NCBI GenBank assembly: GCA_964035545.1
Contig: OZ037772.1
Coordinates: forward strand, 6,556,889-6,620,888
Length of the DNA stretch: 64,000 nucleotides
Source: Bugula neritina
Lineage: Eukaryota; Animalia; Bryozoa
Direction of reading: 5' to 3'
In this document: piece after piece, positions 58,905 through 64,000 of the stretch
Numbering within the stretch: the stretch's first letter is position 1
Layout of the letters: every line of letters starts with the position of its first letter
Notes under the pieces: generated by a model
The model's database searches: none
Told to the model about the DNA's origin: nothing
Seen by the model: the letters and a program-made list of their open reading frames with translations, nothing else
Position numbers and translations under genes: made by a program

Positions 58905-61802
58905 ATGGAGAGGTTAGAAGATTTGATAAAAGAGTGTTTAGAAACGGATGAGCTAACTCGGATAGGCTATGGATCTGGGTGTATTAGTGACGGCGTTGGT
59001 TACAAAACAAAAAACGGCAGAGAGGTGTTTGTTAAAGTCAACAGAACGTCTGACGTAAGATTTTCTTAATATTTAGTATGTTATTATATAGAAGTTAAAG
59101 CAAAGAATTAACTAGAAAACGAATTTGTTGAATACTCAAATGTTCAGAGTGAATAAATGCATACGGCAATACTATTGTAAATTACCTGTGCTTTGTTCTG
59201 GCTAGGCTTTAGTGATGTTCAGAGGAGAGGAAGTTAGCCTAAGAACCATGGCAGACACCAATACCATACACTGTCCCCGACCCATTAAAGTAAGAGGTTC
59301 AGCTGGGTATAGTTCACTTAGATAATTTTCATAAATTTTGATATAACGGCCAAAGTTACAGTGGTTGAACTAAAACTAATATCACATTTTGAATAGCAGA
59401 TTTTTCTCACTCTTCTCCGCAACTCAATACCTAAGTCAAATCATCTGATTTTTACTTTGTTATTACTTGGAATTACTTTATTTTCAACCCATTGTTAGCA
59501 CTAGCTATAAATTTGTGCTTAATTTTTAAAAATTGGTAGTTGTCTTTCCATTTTCATTTTACCGAAAGGTAAGACAACTCTGCATAAACTTCACTTACTT
59601 TAGGTGTTGGAAAACATACCAGGTGGTGGGTGTGCTATAATAATGGAATACTTAAACTTAGGTTCTTCAGGAGATGAAGCAGCTCTTGGTACGGGCCTTG
59701 CCAGGTGTGTAACAAGCTTCTAACCAAATTGAATTGATTAGAAAGTCTATGTTTGCGATTTCTTAGTAGCCTATATATTATTTCTTACAAAGGAAATCTA
59801 TTAGAATTCATCTCTAGTCTTTTTCAAAATATATTTTCCTAACAAATGAAATGTTTTAGCATTTATCTCTAGTCTTCAATGTTATGATACTGGGACAGGT
59901 TACACATGCATAACTGGCGGAGCCTCGAGAACGGAGAAGGCGTGGCTAACTTTGGGTTTCCTGTTGCTACCAGCTGCGGAAGTATTCCTCAAGATAACAG
60001 CTGGACGGATGATTGGGTGGAATTCTTCTGTAGAAAAATTGACTCTCAACTAGATAGACTGGGCTCCGGAAGTTCGAGTAAGGTGAGGGTCAAATGTGTA
60101 AGGTGATCATGTGCAAAAGTTGCATTGTGACTAGTTCACGGAGTAATAAACTGTCGAATGTGACAGTGTGTGTGCTGGTGTGAAAAAAGACCCTGTGACA
60201 AGTTGACAAAGCCAATTTGTGATAGTGTGACAATGTGGTGGTGGGACAGTGTGATCTTGTCACAAAGTGCCAGAGTAACAGTGTGAAAGAGTAATAAAGC
60301 TGCAGAGTGGCAGTGTAATGTGACAAGGTAATCTAGTGACAGTGTAATGTGACAGCGTAATCATATGACAGTGTGACATAGTCACATGTTAATCTACCAA
60401 CAGTTTAACAGAGTGACAGAGTAACAAAGTTACAGTGCAACATTGTAGGGGTGTGACAACGTAATCTGGGGACAGAGTGACAATTTTACGTCACCAGGTG
60501 ATCTAGTGACTGTGTTGTGAAAACGACAAGTTAATAATTTCGTTGCGTCTTAAAATTGTCCAATAAATTTTGCCCTCTTATATGTTGGCCCCAAATATCA
60601 TTTTGGTTGAACCAGAGTACAGTTTTCTAGTGATACAACAAGTATTTCTGAAAATACATATTTTGGGCGAATTGATGGAATAATGAGCAAATGTTCTGTT
60701 CCAGGAAGCTAAATCTTTATGGAGTCAGTTAAGACCAAACATATACAAGCTGTTTGACGGGCTGGTGATACGACCCTCCCTGCTTCATGGTGACTTCTGG
60801 GGAGGGAATATAGGCTACACCTCACGTGGACCAGGTCTGTTAACTCTCTTCTGTCTCTCAATAATTTATCTCTGAAAAATAATTGCCCCCACTGGGATTC
60901 GAACCCGAGACTTCCGCCTTGCAAACAAGTGTGCTAACCATTACACCACAGGGACCATTGGGTAAACCGATCACTACAATCTCATTAAAATAATTTGCTC
61001 CAACTTTACTCACCTCTTGTAATTAAAAACTAATTTATGCCACTTTACACTTTTCTTGCCATGAGAATGTTTAAAATTAGTGAGTTTTAACCATTCATAA
61101 ACTTTTGTATTTCATTAAATTACTGTCTACTGTGTAACAATATGAAAACTGGCGAAATATTATGGAACAGTGTTTTCTTTCTTTCAGTGATATATGACCC
61201 CGCATCATTCTATGGTCACTATGAGTATGATTTTGGGATAAACCAGTATTTCCCGTCATTTGGACGAGGATTCTACGAGGCGTACCATTCACTGATCTCC
61301 AAAGAGCCGGGCTATGAACTTAGACTTCAGCTCTACAAGCTATTTCATTTGCTCAATCACTGGTAATTCTCAATGTATTATGACTATCAGATAGCTGTTT
61401 TAGTGTGTATCATCACCATAGTAGGTTTGTTATTGAATAGAGGAGACGTTTTAAATATGTTTTACTTTAGCAACTTTTGCACGAATTAAAATTTTGTAAT
61501 GTAAACTGATGAAATAGATGAAAAACATATGTACTAGTGAGCAATAACTAGATTACAAAAAATATTAAATCAATAAGTTGTTAAATGAATAAATAACCTT
61601 TTTTTTTTAAATCTTGCCATTACACAGTGCTACAAACAACTTTTAGTTTGCACTTTTAGCAGCCATTTTTTGAGTTAAAAAATTAAAAATATGTGAATTG
61701 CGCTCCAAAACTTTCTACTTCTCTTCATCTAGGAATCTGTTTGGTAGTGGATATAGCTCCAGTTCCATCAAAACTCTTAAAGATATTCTTCGTAAAATAT
61801 GA
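58905..61802 (+). CDS. FN3K: Fructosamine-3-kinase / ketosamine-3-kinase family protein, 297 aa
   Basis: 7 in-frame GT-AG exons: 58905-59054, 59206-59289, 59604-59704, 59899-60082, 60705-60834, 61188-61362, 61733-61802 (894 nt). Motifs [73 protein letters not shown]3K vs FN3KRP cannot be resolved. Confidence 0.95.
60125..60525. repeat. Degenerate GTGACA-rich tandem repeat in FN3K intron 4
   Basis: Many GTGACA/GTAACA motifs at short spacing. Confidence 0.65.
60883..60966 (-). mobile_element. tRNA-derived repeat family 2
   Basis: Reverse complement matches 25689-25770. Confidence 0.75.
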
Positions 61803-62994
61803 TGAGATATGATGTGGAGATGGTTGCTGGGACAGAAATGGTGTTGCTAGGAAGCGAAATGCGTTGCTAAGGAACAAGTAGCATCATTATGACAGAAGGA
61901 TTGACAAACCTGCCATTCTTAGAGACTCTTAGAGACTCCAACTCAGTGTTGCCTTTGATGATAAAGATTCATTTTAGGAATCAAACCCTCTAAACATAAA
62001 ACACTAACACTTTAAATTAATGTTTGGAGGTTTTTAACTCACACTATCAAAGTATATACTCACTACAATAAGTTATTTTAACCAGTTACCAAAGCCAGAG
62101 GTCAAATGATAAACTGTTTGGGATTTATTTTGTAATTAAAATGGATTTTGTAATAATTAGGTTATAATTCCTTTAATAAATCTAATGTTTATATATGCAT
62201 GGTAGAAGTAAATGCAACATATTATACAGTTGATTCTTGATCTAACAGTAACTGAAAAAAATTGCACACGATCAATTTATGTGTTTGAAGACCAATTCTG
62301 TAATTTATGTAGTAAAAATGATAAATTCTTCGACAAACTCTAAAGGTGTATCTAGTTATATCTGTGTACAGTTTAAGTACTATTTGCTAGTGCTTCATTC
62401 TGGTGCTTGTATTTTTATCAGCTGCTTTTTATTAGAAGTTAAAATTTTTTGGCTTTAGTAGAAATTGTAAGTTGGTTCCAACAAACAATAATTCAAATAA
62501 TATCTGAATAGGCTATAAAACTTTGCGAATTTTGCTGGCTTCTAATATCATTACAACATATGTAACTTTATGTTTAATATTGAAATTAGCTAGTGTTTGA
62601 ATGAGATATAAAAATAAGTAGGTACATTAGTAAATTGTTACATAATTATACACATCAATGCAAAAGCAAAACTATATAGGCATCTGCAGCTATGTACACT
62701 GTAACTGCAACGTGTTCTACCCATCTATTATGTTGATAAGAGGCTTGTGTGTATTCAATGGTTATGCTGATAGTAATAATCTTTATATTGGAGACGCTGA
62801 AAATGTTATTTTATGCATACTCAGCTTACATATGCATATCTAGCCTAAGGACTCTCCAAATTCTATTTTTAGCAATCAAAGTTTATGTTGTAGTGCACTA
62901 TATATACCTAGTGATGATAAGAGCAAAGGCTATAAAACTGATTATAGAAATGAAACTGCCTGTTACTCCCCTTGCCCTTTGCTCACTTAACTGC

Positions 62995-63641
62995 TTACTG
63001 CTCTAGCATACCCACCTACTAACTACTGCCTCCTTACACTACTCACTGCTTCAGTACAACCACCTACCATAGCTACTACATCATTGCTTACAAAGGTGAG
63101 TAGAAACCATATTTCATTTACAGTGTCAACAGCTTATCCTGTAGTCTATATAAAGTTGCAAAATAGTCACTGTGTGTCTGCCTCCGCTGACATGTAAACA
63201 TGCATGGCTACTGTCTCCCCTCTCTCTCTTCCCCTTTTACCCCTTTTACGCTCCCTCTCTTTCTCTCTCTCTCTCATACCATATTCTGCAGCCTACACTC
63301 AAAGAGATTTAGATATATTGATAACCAGTTTTATGTTAAATCCTTACTGCTTTATCATACTGACCTACTAACTACTGCCTCCTTACACTACTTAATACTT
63401 CAGTTCAACCACCTACCATAGCTACTACATCGTTGCCTATAACAAAGGTGAGTAGAAACCATATTTCATTTACAGTGTCAACAGCGTACTCTGTAGTCTA
63501 TATGAAGTTGCAAAATAGTCACTGTGTGTCTGCCTGTGCTCAGATGTGCACATGTGGCAACTGTCTCTCCCTCTCTCCCCCCTTTTACCCCTTTTACGCT
63601 CCCTCTTTTTCTCTCTCTCCCTCTCTCTCTCTCCCCCTTTT

Positions 63642-63714
<73 letters not shown>

Positions 63715-63812
63715 ATCTTTCTTTATCTCTCTTTTCCTCTCTATATCATACCAGATTCTGCAGCCTACACTCAAAGAGATTTAGATATATTGATAACCAG
63801 TTTTATGTTAAA
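62995..63812. repeat. Tandem duplication of a ~350-bp unit; second copy expanded by (CT)n
   Basis: 62995-63341 and 63344-63812 are collinear; (CT)n at ~63640-63712. Confidence 0.88.
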
Positions 63813-64000
63813 TTTTGTTGTTTTTTCGCACAGAAACAAGTTTAGCTAAGACTTGGGAAATTATTTATACATAATAAAATGCAGTGTTTGAAAAAAGTGA
63901 CCTTATCCACTGCTAATGTTGAAAGGTCAAGAGTAATGTAAGTCCTATATATATACAAGGGTGGCTTATTTTAATATAAGAATGCATTGTAATATAATCA

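Noticed and set aside
63433-63849. LS/RE-repeat ORFs
   Set aside because: Translations of (CT)n within a tandem duplication.

Overview
AT-rich, intron-rich animal (invertebrate-like) genomic DNA; no prokaryotic features. Reading splice sites by hand gives five protein-coding genes. (1) A hydroxyacid oxidase (HAO) paralog on the minus strand, 4718 to <52, running off the left edge. (2) A complete 14-exon NRF-6/acyltransferase-3 membrane protein, plus strand, 11643-23211. (3) A complete second HAO paralog in inverted orientation, plus strand, 25319-29884, ending in the peroxisomal signal ARL. (4) A 25-exon, ~1386-aa secreted complement C3/alpha-2-macroglobulin-superfamily protein, minus strand, 56617-31147. 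(5) A fructosamine-3-kinase, plus strand, 58905-61802. Introns and intergenic DNA carry two tRNA-derived SINE-like families, several MITEs and many micro/minisatellites. The two most striking observations: the C3-like gene keeps the MG ring, anchor and C345C-like domain but appears to lack the whole thioester domain and most of CUB (a genetically encoded 'C3c-like' protein with two furin sites and a polybasic tail); and several NRF-6 introns are built from tandem copies of their own 5' splice site. Family assignments rest on motifs recalled from memory, not on database searches.
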